From NCBI RefSeq assembly GCF_021869535.1, contig NW_026262723.1:34100001-34164000 (forward strand): DNA of 64,000 nt. The letters run 5' to 3'. This stretch comes from Mytilus californianus. Its lineage: Eukaryota. The notes under the pieces were generated by a model. It was not told the origin of the DNA. It saw only the letters and a program-made list of their open reading frames with translations, and did not search any database. Positions 15,186 to 25,240 of the stretch are shown here, piece after piece (position 1 is the first letter of the stretch; each line of letters opens with the position of its first letter). A program made the position numbers and the translations under genes.

Positions 15186-16680
15186 GGGTTGTTTTGTTCT
15201 ACAATTGTATTATCGAACATAAAGTAAAAGACGTGGCACAAGTATATTTGATCTTTACAGAATCCTCAACCAAACGATTTTCAACAGTCAAACCTTAGTT
15301 TTTCTCTTATTAAGATAAGCCAATCAAACTAGATAAAAGAACCAAGGCCTGTGTAACGTTATACCTTTAGTGGAAAATAAACAAATTTACGGAAAATATA
15401 AGAAAGAATAACATAACAACAGTCCATAAACCACTTCTCCAAAAACAAACGAAATTGTAAGACAGTTCCCATCAAACTTGGTGTTGAAACAGGTGCTCAT
15501 GACACATTATCAGTTTATTCTAATATGACAGCCGTCGGATACTCAAACTCATCAGTCGAAAACAAATTGACAATGCCATGGCAAAAAACGAAAGACGAAG
15601 GAATGACAAATAACAGTACAAAAACACAGCATAAATGTATTTTCCATAAAAAGTAAAATTTGATCGATGTCGCATTCACTGATGTCAAAGAAGGAAAGAA
15701 AGAAAGGAGTGTAAGTATATATTACACTTACTTTCCAGTATGTTCTTTTTTGACCGGGCCTGATTTTGTGGTGTTACATATAAAATAGTTTATCCGATTC
15801 ATTTTGCAAAGAATTTCGATAAAACCGGTGCTAGGGATCGTCTTAAACTTGCAGTGAGGTGAAAGTTTTTTTTGTTTTTGGCTCCGTGTTGAAAGCCTCA
15901 TTGTGACTTTGAAATGAAGAACAGCAGTACAAGCGCTGTTCCATGCTTTTTGTGTGTTTTTTGCTGTCCATGTACTGATTTGGTGTCAAGGATAAATACC
16001 TTATATCCTTTGTTTATCTGTAGTATCAAGGATTTAACTTCAGCAAACAATTACTCAATAAGATTGTAATGGAAGGTATATTGATGTCATGTTTTTTGCT
16101 ATCTTGACCGCACATGCTAACTTACTGACAATTTGCAGTCAACATCGTCAAAACCCTTTTTTTAAACATTCGTAGTTACGCGTTCGTTACTGCAAAGATG
16201 GAACACTCAAGAACTTAATAACTCTCTTAAACTCAGTCATAACGTCTGTCCAATAAACCAATGATTGTTTTCGCTTTAAAACCAGGTTTAAGCCACCATT
16301 GTCAAATGAGAAAATGCCTGTACCAAGTCAGGAATATGACAGTTGTTTTCCATTTGTTTGATGTGTTTGAGTTTTTGATTTTGCCAATTATTAAGGGACT
16401 TTCCGAATTTTGAATTTTCTTTAGAGTTCGGTATTTTGTTGTTTTACTTTTTACAATGTTTACGTAATGTTAGTAGACAGACTTATATGGAATAATGACA
16501 GTACCGGCCAGACGTACACCTGTTTATCGATATCGGCACACACTTTGTGACAGAAAAATACAAAGTTATACCATTTTAAGTGTGCAAGTTATGATTATAT
16601 GAAATCGACTTTATCGAAAAAGTTAAATGCAAAAAAAAAAAAAAAAAAGGGTATGTAAGCATTAAATGATTTCTCTGTAG

Positions 16681-16743
16681 GAACTACTGTACAAGTATCT
16701 CCAGATGAAAGAGTCACTGCAAAATCAGCAACTCTGAAGAATG
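16681..16743 (+). CDS. Gene B stalk exon: (G)TTVQVSPDERVTAKSATLKN
   Basis: TTCTCTGTAG acceptor and GTAAG donor, symmetric phase 1/1 (63 nt). Homologous to 63785-63853. Confidence 0.75.
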
Positions 16744-17055
16744 GTAAGTAGAACCGTAAAAAAAGGTCATAGTATTTATATATTTAAAGTCTAAACTTTG
16801 CACTCCTTAAATATACACCTCCGCTTTTTTGAAAAAAAAATCAAGTTTTGCATAAGAATTGATATAAGCCATATTCATTGATAGATGATAGACGGAAAGA
16901 AAACTTCTGGGATCGTTGTATCTTTTAATGAACCAACGCTTATCCAGTGCATCTACATTATTTTTAGCGGCGCAAAACCGGTGATAGTAAAGTAAAAAAA
17001 TGCGAGCGTAAGATATGGTTATGTAGAATTTGTTTCTTAAATAATATATCTGCAA

Positions 17056-17124
17056 GACCCACTGAACCAGCTATAAATCCAACTGAAAAAGTCACTACAA
17101 ACAAATCAACAATTATAAGGAATG
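17056..17124 (+). pseudogene. Duplicated stalk exon (G)PTEPAINPTEKVTTNKSTIIRN with a mutated acceptor
   Basis: Ends AATG|GTAAG like 16743 and is 69 nt in phase 1/1, but the acceptor position reads TGCAA instead of TGCAG. Confidence 0.55.
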
Positions 17125-18404
17125 GTAAGTAAAAACACATGATTATTCATTGTTGCCTCTCGATTTTCCAAAAACTGCGATTAAACTTGCATATTATAAA
17201 CCTACGAGTATACTATTAGCTAAAAGCAAACGGTCATAATATCTTTAGATTTAAAGCTACAGTCCGCTGTATAAATGTACCTCTGTGATTTCTTGCAAAT
17301 TGAAATAAAATCAAAAGTCTTGAATGAGGAAATTTATGTAAACTTATGTCATTTTTAAATGAAACATCCTTAAATTAATAAATGATAGTTCGAACTGGAG
17401 ACTGCTTAGAAAAGTGACAAACATCTTTGGTCTTACTAGAGACGTATGACGACAAAACGTAGTGCATATAGAACAAATTGAAGTTTTGATCCTTATTTAG
17501 GATTGCAAGTTACTGTCCATACATCTTAATAGACCCATTGTCAAGCAGATAAACCATATAGCATTCGCTTCTTCGTTCCTTTCCCACCACGAGTATGTAC
17601 ATTGCTATATATGTTTGGCATTCACATGTTTTGGTTTGGTTTGAGCGTTACTGATGAAAGTTTATGCAGAGCGCTTCGGATGCACCAAATTAATAAAGTG
17701 CTATTTTCAGACTTTTCACCAACTACTACCATGTATTACAAACGAAAGTATTAGAGGTCAGACGTCAGAACAATACCGGACTGAAAAAGTGGTTGCCTTT
17801 TTTTTTTTATAACTGAATACGAACACAGTATGAGGGACTAAGCAATGGCAGATTATTGATATTATAATTGTCTAACAGCTTCAGACTGTAATTATTCAGT
17901 AAGATAATTCACACACACCGTGTGCACCCTTTATTGGAAGTCATGTCATTGAAAACTATGTAGTAGTATAGGGCAGTTTCCTGACAAAAGAGGAAATATA
18001 GAACAGCGACTCTTTTCACAAAAAATCTTACGACTAAAATTGATCGTAAGTTATACTGAAATGTGTATGACTTACGAGTATATTTACTGTTAAGATTTTT
18101 TGTGAAAATAGCCGCAGATCTTTTAACTTACAATAAAATAGAAAGATACCCGATGATAAATCAAAGAACCCATTAGTGTCTTAAGAAAAATACACGTTTC
18201 GATTTTTTTGCTGTTGACGTCTCTGTACTAACATTGTGATATAGATTGACATCGTGTCTCATATCTCAACATTATCCCGAGGTAAAAGTGATGTTAAAGA
18301 GAAAAGTAAATGTGTATGAGTTTGTATTTGCATGTGAAATATGGTACAATTTTTCTATTTTTGAATAATCATATTATTTCTTGTTTTAATACTCATTATT
18401 TCAG

Positions 18405-18554
18405 GAACTTCAAACGCTGACTGGATAATTTATACACTTTGTATTTCTAGTTGTTTCTTTCTTACTGGCTTTGGTCACTTGTTTCGTACATACAGAAAGC
18501 GACGATCACTTAAAGTAAGAATCATCAATGAAAAGGTTGTCCCAGAACCTTTAA
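18405..18554 (+). CDS. Gene B terminal exon 'a', 5' part: transmembrane segment (G)TSNADWIIYTLCISSCFFLTGFGHLFRTYRKRRSLKVRIINEKVVPEPL; interrupted by the retroelement
   Basis: TTTCAG acceptor, phase 1. A hydrophobic TM is followed by a basic stop-transfer RKRR. Aligns with 29805 onward. Read-through into the insertion reaches TAA at 18599-18601. Confidence 0.85.
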
Positions 18555-18965
18555 TTGCAATACTCATAGAAGAAGACCCTATATTAATACTGAACGAATA
18601 ACAATGAGATGAAGAACAACGATCAAGAGTTGTTGACGTATTTTCTAAACTATGTTGAAGTTCTTCCTTTAATCACAAAGTGATTACAAATTGTTCTAGA
18701 GTTGTCTCTCTTTGTCTGTTGTTAATTGTAATTCACAAATACCAAAATTAAAATACTACAGACTTTCTGTATATTATACTCATTTGTGTAGAGGTTCCAT
18801 CCTCTGTTTTTCCTTTATAACTTTTACAACTTATACAAAAACAATCATTCTAATTACACATACATTTTATTACACCAACTTGTATTTACATTTCCATGAC
18901 TAGAATATACATTTTTACTTTGTGGCATTACTTTGGCTACAGAGTATTCTATAATATTTTGTTGA

Positions 18966-19364
18966 GGCGCCAGGGTGACTACCGATTACCTATACACAAT
19001 GGCTATCAGCTGACCTATGTTGACATAGTGTCATAAAACCCCTGGTAGTTAAACACGGTTACACCACCACCTACCATGGGGAGTGACCGGGGAAAACACT
19101 CGTATTACCAATGCTCCAGTTATTAGTGCCCCACCTGTTGGCAGGTGTAGGCCTCCCCTCTATAAGATGAGGTGGATGAGGTCCCAGAGTTACCCATCTG
19201 TAGACCCCACCGTTACCACTAACCACATTTTCCAAACCTGCAAATTGTAGAACTTGTCAGGCCCAGAGCAAGGGCCGAGTGAAATAATCCCCCAATCACT
19301 ACCAGTCTCCCTGGACCGCCACATGAGAGCCCAAGTCAGCTACCAAATCTGACTTGGGTTCTCA
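18966..19364 (-). ncRNA. Candidate structured RNA domain in the 3' non-coding region of the YR retrotransposon
   Basis: GC-rich island with a long-range closing helix (18966-18980 with 19304-19320), several internal hairpins and a 16-bp hairpin at 19324-19364. Pairings were found by eye, and function is unknown. Confidence 0.55.
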
Positions 19365-19380
19365 CCTCCACAAATTTACA

Positions 19381-19977
19381 TTATTGAAGCATTGGAAAAG
19401 TTGTTGTGCGTAGGAAAGACTCAACCCCTCCTTGTATATTATTTAAGAAAACCTGATTTCCAGTTTGTGATAAATGAGTTCCATCTGTTCTGTATAAAGA
19501 CCCTTCACTTGCCCTAATGTTCTCATGTAAAATAGCTTTCCCCCCATTTTCTATTACAAAGTTTTTGACCACTGAATTCACTCTTTTTCTCTTCTGTTCG
19601 ATTATTGCACCCGCATTCAAGGGTGCAAAATGCCAGTATCTGCGCTGTAGCATTGAAGACCATATTATAATAACATTTTTAAATAAAGCCTGGTAACGTA
19701 GGATAGAACATTTTACATTTTCAATTAAACTATTCCCTGTCAATTCTAAATCTGTCAAATCATTAGCTCCACAGTGAATAATAATAAAATTAGGAGAAGG
19801 TAAAAATTTTCTTTTTGCATCCAGTACGGAGTCTAAATCTTTAATCTGTAAACCAGGTTGCCCAATCCAGTATGTTGTAACACCTTTGGACTCCCAGGTT
19901 GGTCCTTCCATATTTCTTCGCCTCTACATTGGCCCAATGAACAAGGGAACTTCCAACAATCCATAAAATCTTGGGAC
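19381..19977 (-). pseudogene. SGNH/GDSL-family hydrolase of the retroelement (frameshifted near 19890-19912)
   Basis: Block I WIVGSSL lies upstream in a different frame from the 176-aa ORF, which carries block II GQPG, block III HCGANDL and block V DGTH. Confidence 0.85.
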
Positions 19978-20011
19978 CTGTTAAAACTTGTAGCTTGTTA
20001 GCCTTTTGAAA

Positions 20012-21016
20012 CTAGAAAAATTGCAACCTAATATAGCGAGAATAAGCATGCGATTTCCATCTGCCTAATTTCATAATTACCTCCTCTGAGACCCCCTGCC
20101 TGGCTAGTTCCGTGGCTCCCTCAATTCTAAAACTATGTGACCTAAAATGACCTTTACTAATATGAAGAAAATGTGAAGCCTTTTCCAGTATACTGCTGAA
20201 TTGGTATCTAGTTAAAGGCATACCATTATAATGAATAAAGAAATCTTTATTATTACAGGTAGGTCGTACCTTTAAGTATTCGTTCGTGAGTTGTATCGGA
20301 CAGTAGTTTTTTCTGTTCTCAGGTATCAATAAAGTAACGGACTTTCCCTTTTGGTCAGTTTTTGACCACCTTACCCTTAGCTCCAGGACTTTTTTCTTAA
20401 CTAAAATATCAGAAATTGTTAAGTTGGAGCCATTTATAACAGACTTAGTTTTTGAAGTAGTGATTTCCCCTACCCTTAGCAAACCAAAGAAGGCAACTGA
20501 AAAAACTACTGAAAATAAAGCAGCTTCATATTTATTCTTACATACTTTATCTAAACAACCTATCATATCTGCTAACAATTGCACTGTAATTGGTGCTCTA
20601 ATGTCATTACGTTTCCCTCCTTGAATTCTTTTTATTCCTTCTAATGCCTTGCCAATTATAAAGAATTTTGTAGTATCCTGTATGCCTTGTATTTTATGAT
20701 GGTATGAAACTCCTGATATATAAGATGATATGGTACCCCCAGAAAGGCCTTGTACTGACAAAAAAGCTATGAAATTTAGCAAATCATTGACTGGCACTGG
20801 CCAATGCTGTTTCAATTTGTAAGATGATCTAAAATTACAAAGTTTCGACAGAGCCAAATTGTATGATTTTTGTGTATTTTTGGACACACCTTGATTGACA
20901 ATATAATCCGCCTCCTGACTTAAATGTTCCAGATCTGTGTTGGAATTTTGGTTGGCCACTGGTCTGCTTCTGGAGCTAGGCTTCTGAACTTCCCCCACTG
21001 AGAACGAGAAAGACAA
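20012..21016 (-). CDS. Tyrosine recombinase (phage-integrase family), 334 aa, frame intact
   Basis: Catalytic motifs GLLRVGE (R), SKTDQ (K), HSFR (H-x-x-R), LGRW and YSRYIR (Y). Overlaps the RNase H 3' end, as is usual in DIRS-order elements. Confidence 0.95.
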   Translation of the reverse strand: MSFSFSVGEVQKPSSRSRPVANQNSNTDLEHLSQEADYIVNQGVSKNTQKSYNLALSKLCNFRSSYKLKQHWPVPVNDLLNFIAFLSVQGLSGGTISSYISGVSYHHKIQGIQDTTKFFIIGKALEGIKRIQGGKRNDIRAPITVQLLADMIGCLDKVCKNKYEAALFSVVFSVAFFGLLRVGEITTSKTKSVINGSNLTISDILVKKKVLELRVRWSKTDQKGKSVTLLIPENRKNYCPIQLTNEYLKVRPTCNNKDFFIHYNGMPLTRYQFSSILEKASHFLHISKGHFRSHSFRIEGATELARQGVSEEVIMKLGRWKSHAYSRYIRLQFF

Positions 21017-22643
21017 TCAGCAATTTGGTTTTGTTTTGAAGGGATATAAATTGCCTTAACTAACGTATTGTTTTTTAAGTTCATTAAAACCATTTGTCTT
21101 ACTGAAGTCATAACTCTACTTGATTTGCTAGTTTTCATATTAATGATTTGAACAACCGCCTGATTATCAACATGAAAAATAACTTTTTTGTTAACAAAAT
21201 ATGATTCCCAGGACATAAGTGCTGCTACAACTGGAAACAACTCTAACAATGTCATATCTCTGGTGATTCCAGTTTCAACCCAATGTTTTGGCCATATGCC
21301 TTGGGCCCACTGACCTGCAAAATAGATCCCATACCCACCTTTGGACCCCCTGCACTATCTGTGAACAACTCTAATTTTTCATTTGAAACCCATACATTGT
21401 CGGTTATTACAGTGACACCATTGTATTGTTTTAAAAAGTCTAACCAAACTTCTAAATCTGCTTTCATCTGCTTGTTTACTCGAATTTTGTAATATGATTT
21501 TCTTACCCCGATTGTTGAATTTACGAGTCTGCGACAGAAGGTGCGGCCTGGAGCAACCACCTTACAAGCAAAATTCAGGAGCCCAAGAAGAGATTGCATA
21601 TCTTTAAGAGTTATTTTAGAACTGTCTAAGGTATCTCTGATTTTTTGTGAGAGTTTGACAAGTTTTTCATTTGGAAGCCGCATGATTAAATTCTGTGTAT
21701 CAAATTCTATACCCAAAAAAATGAGTAATGTAGTAGGCAAAGTAGTCTTGTCACTAGCAAGAGGAATACCTATTTTATCGCATACCTCTTGGAATATCTT
21801 CAAAGTATTGCCAACTTTTGATGTTTGGCTCGACTCGACAAAAAGAAAATCATCTAAATAATGGAGGATATGATCATTTCCGCTTTTTTGCTGTATTATC
21901 CAATGCAAAGCTTTTGCAAATTTCTCCCACAGGGCACAACTTATTGAGGCCCCCATTGGCATCATTTTATTAAGATAACAATCGCCCTGAAATTTTATCC
22001 CTAACAAGTCAAAATCCTGCGGGGCAATTGGCAACAAGCGAAAAGCCGCTTTTACATCACACTGACTTAAACGGGCAAATGTTTTGTGTCTATTAATCAA
22101 ACATGCTGCTTCGTCCACTGAACTGTACTGCACTGAACAATGATCTTTATCAATACAATCATTTATTGAATTATTCTCAGGATAGGATAAATGTTGAATA
22201 AGTCTAAAATCCCCATCCTTTTTTGGCACTAGCCCCATTGGTGATACCTGAAGTGTGGGAAAAGGCGGGTATCTGAAAGGACCAGCAATGCGACCAAGTT
22301 TAACTTCCTTCATTAATTTTTCTTTAAAAATGTTGGGTAGCTGTAATGCACATTTTAAATTGGAAATCTCCCTTGGTTCCCTAGAGCCAAAATATTTTAA
22401 TGAAAAACCATATTTGAAACCAGATATAATTTCATGTGCTACATTGTTATGTGGGTAAAATTCTAAATAATTTTTCAAGACCGATACTTTAACAGGAGTA
22501 TTTCCTAATGAATAAAAATTAATACTTTTTGTTACTTCTTCCTTGGGCCCGGTTATTACATTGGGCCTTTCTGTGTTTGCCACTGCATATTTCACATACA
22601 TGTTTAAACCTACAACGAGGGAAGTAGGGACAGTCATTACCAT
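20920..22643 (-). pseudogene. Reverse transcriptase + RNase H, split by a 1-nt frameshift near 21338-21342
   Basis: RT motifs PMGLVPKK, CDVKAAFR, MPMG, YLDD and FLGI. RNase H motifs FTDS, LLELFP, VDNQ and ADCLSR. The shifted frame continues GGYGIYFAGQWAQG...RDMTLLELFP into the 111-aa ORF. Confidence 0.93.
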
Positions 22644-23555
22644 TATTATAGTATTTACATGACATATTTACACTTCCACTAGTTACCTGTGATTGTTGAT
22701 GTGTTCTCGTGTTAGTGTTTGAAAGTGTAGCTGCATTTGAGTTATAATGACCACGATTTTGTGTATTTGTTCTATAACCCTGTGATTGCACTGACACATT
22801 GTTTTGTACTGTGGGAGATGTGATGTGTAATAGCCAATATTCACCGTGTATATTTCCCCAAGATAAATTTGGATTCTTTTCTATTTTTAGCCTAAATTGC
22901 TCGTCATAGGTGGCCCAGTTTTCTGACCTCGTTGCCGCTAATCTTATATCGCGCATATATTTTAACAATTCCTGTGCCCGTGTCCTGTATTTCTTAATGT
23001 AGACATTCATAAAAACCATAAATGCTGAAGTCCATTCATTTATGGACAAATAAACACCCGACGATCTTTTTTCAATGCAAATTTTCCCCCTTTTTAATTT
23101 CAAATCGCCCTCGTCAACCTCCTCAATTTCTTTTTGCGTTCTCAAAAGATAATGAAGCTCTATAAACTTTCCCTCCCAAATCTTTTCCTTAATTTTAAAA
23201 GGCACGTGTTCCCCTACTGTGTCATGAATGCTAGACTCTTGTGTCGGAGTGAAATCAATGGAAATATTTGCCATTTCAAAATTTTTGTGTGACGGGCGTG
23301 CCTAAAAAAGGGGAATGCCCGTGCATCCTCCTCCGACTCATTACCTGATGATATTTCAGCATTTTCTTCTGGTCCTTGGGTCTCGACGTGTCCCACCTCC
23401 TGTGTTTTCCTGACCATTCTTTTCCGTCCAACTCCGTCCTTCTTTTGAATGATTTCTTCGTTCCGCACTCCCTGTCCTTCTTTCCTGCTGGTCGTCCTCC
23501 TCTTCTTTCCAATGGCTCTTGATGGCGATCCCCTGGCATTTCTTTTGTTTGGCAT
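22519..23555 (-). pseudogene. Gag-like ORF1: basic N-terminus (MPNKRNARGS...), frameshift near 23270-23310, C-terminal Cys/His finger
   Basis: ORFs 23214-23555 and 22519-23274 overlap out of frame. The C-terminus CKYYNNGNDC...CRFKHVCEICSGKHRKAQC is typical of DIRS/Ngaro gag. Confidence 0.8.
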
Positions 23556-23789
23556 CTTTTCGTTTAAATAATTTAACTAATTTCTGCAGCACCTGCTTTG
23601 TTGTCGACAGCAAATTAACAAGTGCCCGATACGGGAATTCCAAAATTCAGATTCCACCTGAGAGCGCCATCTATGGCCATGCCAAATATGGCAATGAGCT
23701 AAAGGCTGCAACACCCACACACCCACACAAATATTTGATTGAATTAAACCAGATTATTGAAAATATAAAATTTTGATAATCTCTATTAA

Positions 23790-24508
23790 CGCCAAATATG
23801 GGCGACTTTAGTGAAGTAGACAAAACGCCAATAACATTTGTCATTACGGGTTCAAATGTTACACCCAAAGCATCTCATAATGAAACTATTAACTTTGTTT
23901 TTCATGAAAGACAATCTAATACAACATGTAATGAGGATGATGAAGCTGGTTATTTTGATCTGTATTTCGCGATGAACGAAGACGTCAATCACCAAGTAGA
24001 AAATCATCCATTGCGAAAGGAAAGCCTTTCAACTAGTTCTTTCAATACAAGCGTTGTTAGTCAAGATAATACAGAATTTCTTAAACCGCTTCAGGAATAC
24101 TGCCACGAAGATTCACATGCGTGTGAAGTATCCGTTACGGTTCATGAAAGACAATCTAATATAGCATGTAAGGAAGATGATAAAGATGATGAAGCTGGAT
24201 ATTTTGATCTTTATTTCGCCATGAAAGAAGACGTCAATCACCAAGTAGAAAATCATGCATTGCGAAAGGAAAGCCTTTCAACTAGTTCTTTCAACTCAAA
24301 CGTTGTTTGTCAAGATAATACAGAATTTCATAAACCGCTTCAGGGATACTGCCGAGAAGATTCACATGCGTGTGAAGTATCCGTTACGATTCATGAAAGA
24401 CAATCTAATACAGTTTATGATAAAACACTGCAGACCTCTATTCCATCGACATATCGAACTGGCAATTTACAGGATTGCACAAACAAGTATGCTGAATCGG
24501 AAAAATAA
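23790..24508 (+). CDS. Gene B terminal exon 'a', 3' part: cytoplasmic tail, separated from its TM by the insertion
   Basis: The 236-aa ORF aligns residue for residue with the tail at 29805-30760 (FSEVDKTPITF vs YDEVDENPLTF; SHNETI vs SHYETI; QDNT; EDSH) and is in frame with the left junction. Confidence 0.85.
23901..24411 (+). repeat. In-frame tandem duplication in the cytoplasmic tail (units of 240 and 249 bp)
   Basis: TTCATGAAAGACAATCTAATA recurs at 23901, 24141 and 24390. The protein unit HERQSN...EVSVT is repeated. Confidence 0.95.
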
Positions 24509-25047
24509 TTGATGCTTGTGGTTCAATTGAATTTAACAAAGTCAAATCGATTAGTGAGGAAAAGTCGAAGACACTTCAACAGGAACCAATTCAAAGATGA
24601 GTCAGTGGAAGAGCTTTTGAACATCCTTTTTTTGTTGTTTTTTTTTATCCAAAACGAGATGCTAGTAGTAATTTAAATGTCAGTGATTTTAAAAAATGTA
24701 AATAAGTTATTGTGTTTATATTTAAGACTGTCTAGTTAACGTGCAATTCGATTGTGGTTATATGTTATGAAATATTTCTATAAAATAATTTGTTGTATAT
24801 CGGATGTAGATCTTGTAATCGAGGTTGAAATTGTGACACAGACTGATTCAAAAGGACATTAAACTTATCATTCATTGTTTTTACAAATTATGTGTACAAA
24901 GTTGAAATTAGCGTTCCAGTATTCTATAAATAAAGTTAACTATAACATGCTTAATCTCTTACTTTGTTCTATCAAATATCGAGAATTCAATAGATTTAAT
25001 AGACAATTTGAAAACAAGCCAAATGTTATCACCATCATGTGTGAGGC

Positions 25048-25240
25048 TATAATTGTGGGATGCCGAGATCTTGTTGATAAATATTCCGTATCGGCTTCAC
25101 AAATTATACATGATGGTCTTGGGGTGTAGATTCTAGGTGCTGACGTTGTTTATCGTCTTGATTGTGTGTTGAGGTCCCCCTTTTTGGTCCTAGTATATTT
25201 TTAACCTTTGCTGTTTATCCGTTTTTGATTGTATACCTGT
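25048..25240 (+). mobile_element. Short 3' fragment of the Penelope-like element seen at 43270-44430
   Basis: RDLVDKYSVSASQIIHDGLGV* and the following UTR match 43880-43990. Confidence 0.8.

Larger units (their letters stand above)
18555..23789 (-). mobile_element. Tyrosine-recombinase retrotransposon (DIRS order, Ngaro-like domain set gag / RT-RNaseH / YR / SGNH hydrolase), 5235 bp
   Basis: ORF content is listed below. TTAA lies at both junctions (18551-18554 and 23786-23789), and removing the insert restores the host frame (...PEPL-TPNMGDFSEVD...). Confidence 0.9.

Noticed and set aside
18966-19320. Group I intron, since GAGACUG and UAGUC resemble the R and S elements
   Set aside because: The two motifs are ~330 nt apart at the ends of the domain, no P/Q elements are visible, and no interrupted exon flanks it.
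18551-23789. piggyBac or Kolobok DNA transposon, suggested by the TTAA duplication
   Set aside because: No terminal inverted repeats and no DDE transposase; the cargo is a YR retroelement. Nesting in a decayed TTAA element cannot be fully excluded.
23681-23801. 11-bp direct repeat GCCAAATATGG at 23681 and 23791
   Set aside because: The second copy is host exon sequence outside the insert. It is too short to be a split direct repeat and could be chance.
20424-23868. Antisense or overlapping ORFs inside the element (20424+, 21283+, 21541+, 22255+, 23276-, 23356-, 23519+, 23671-)
   Set aside because: They are shadow frames of real ORFs with no recognisable motifs.
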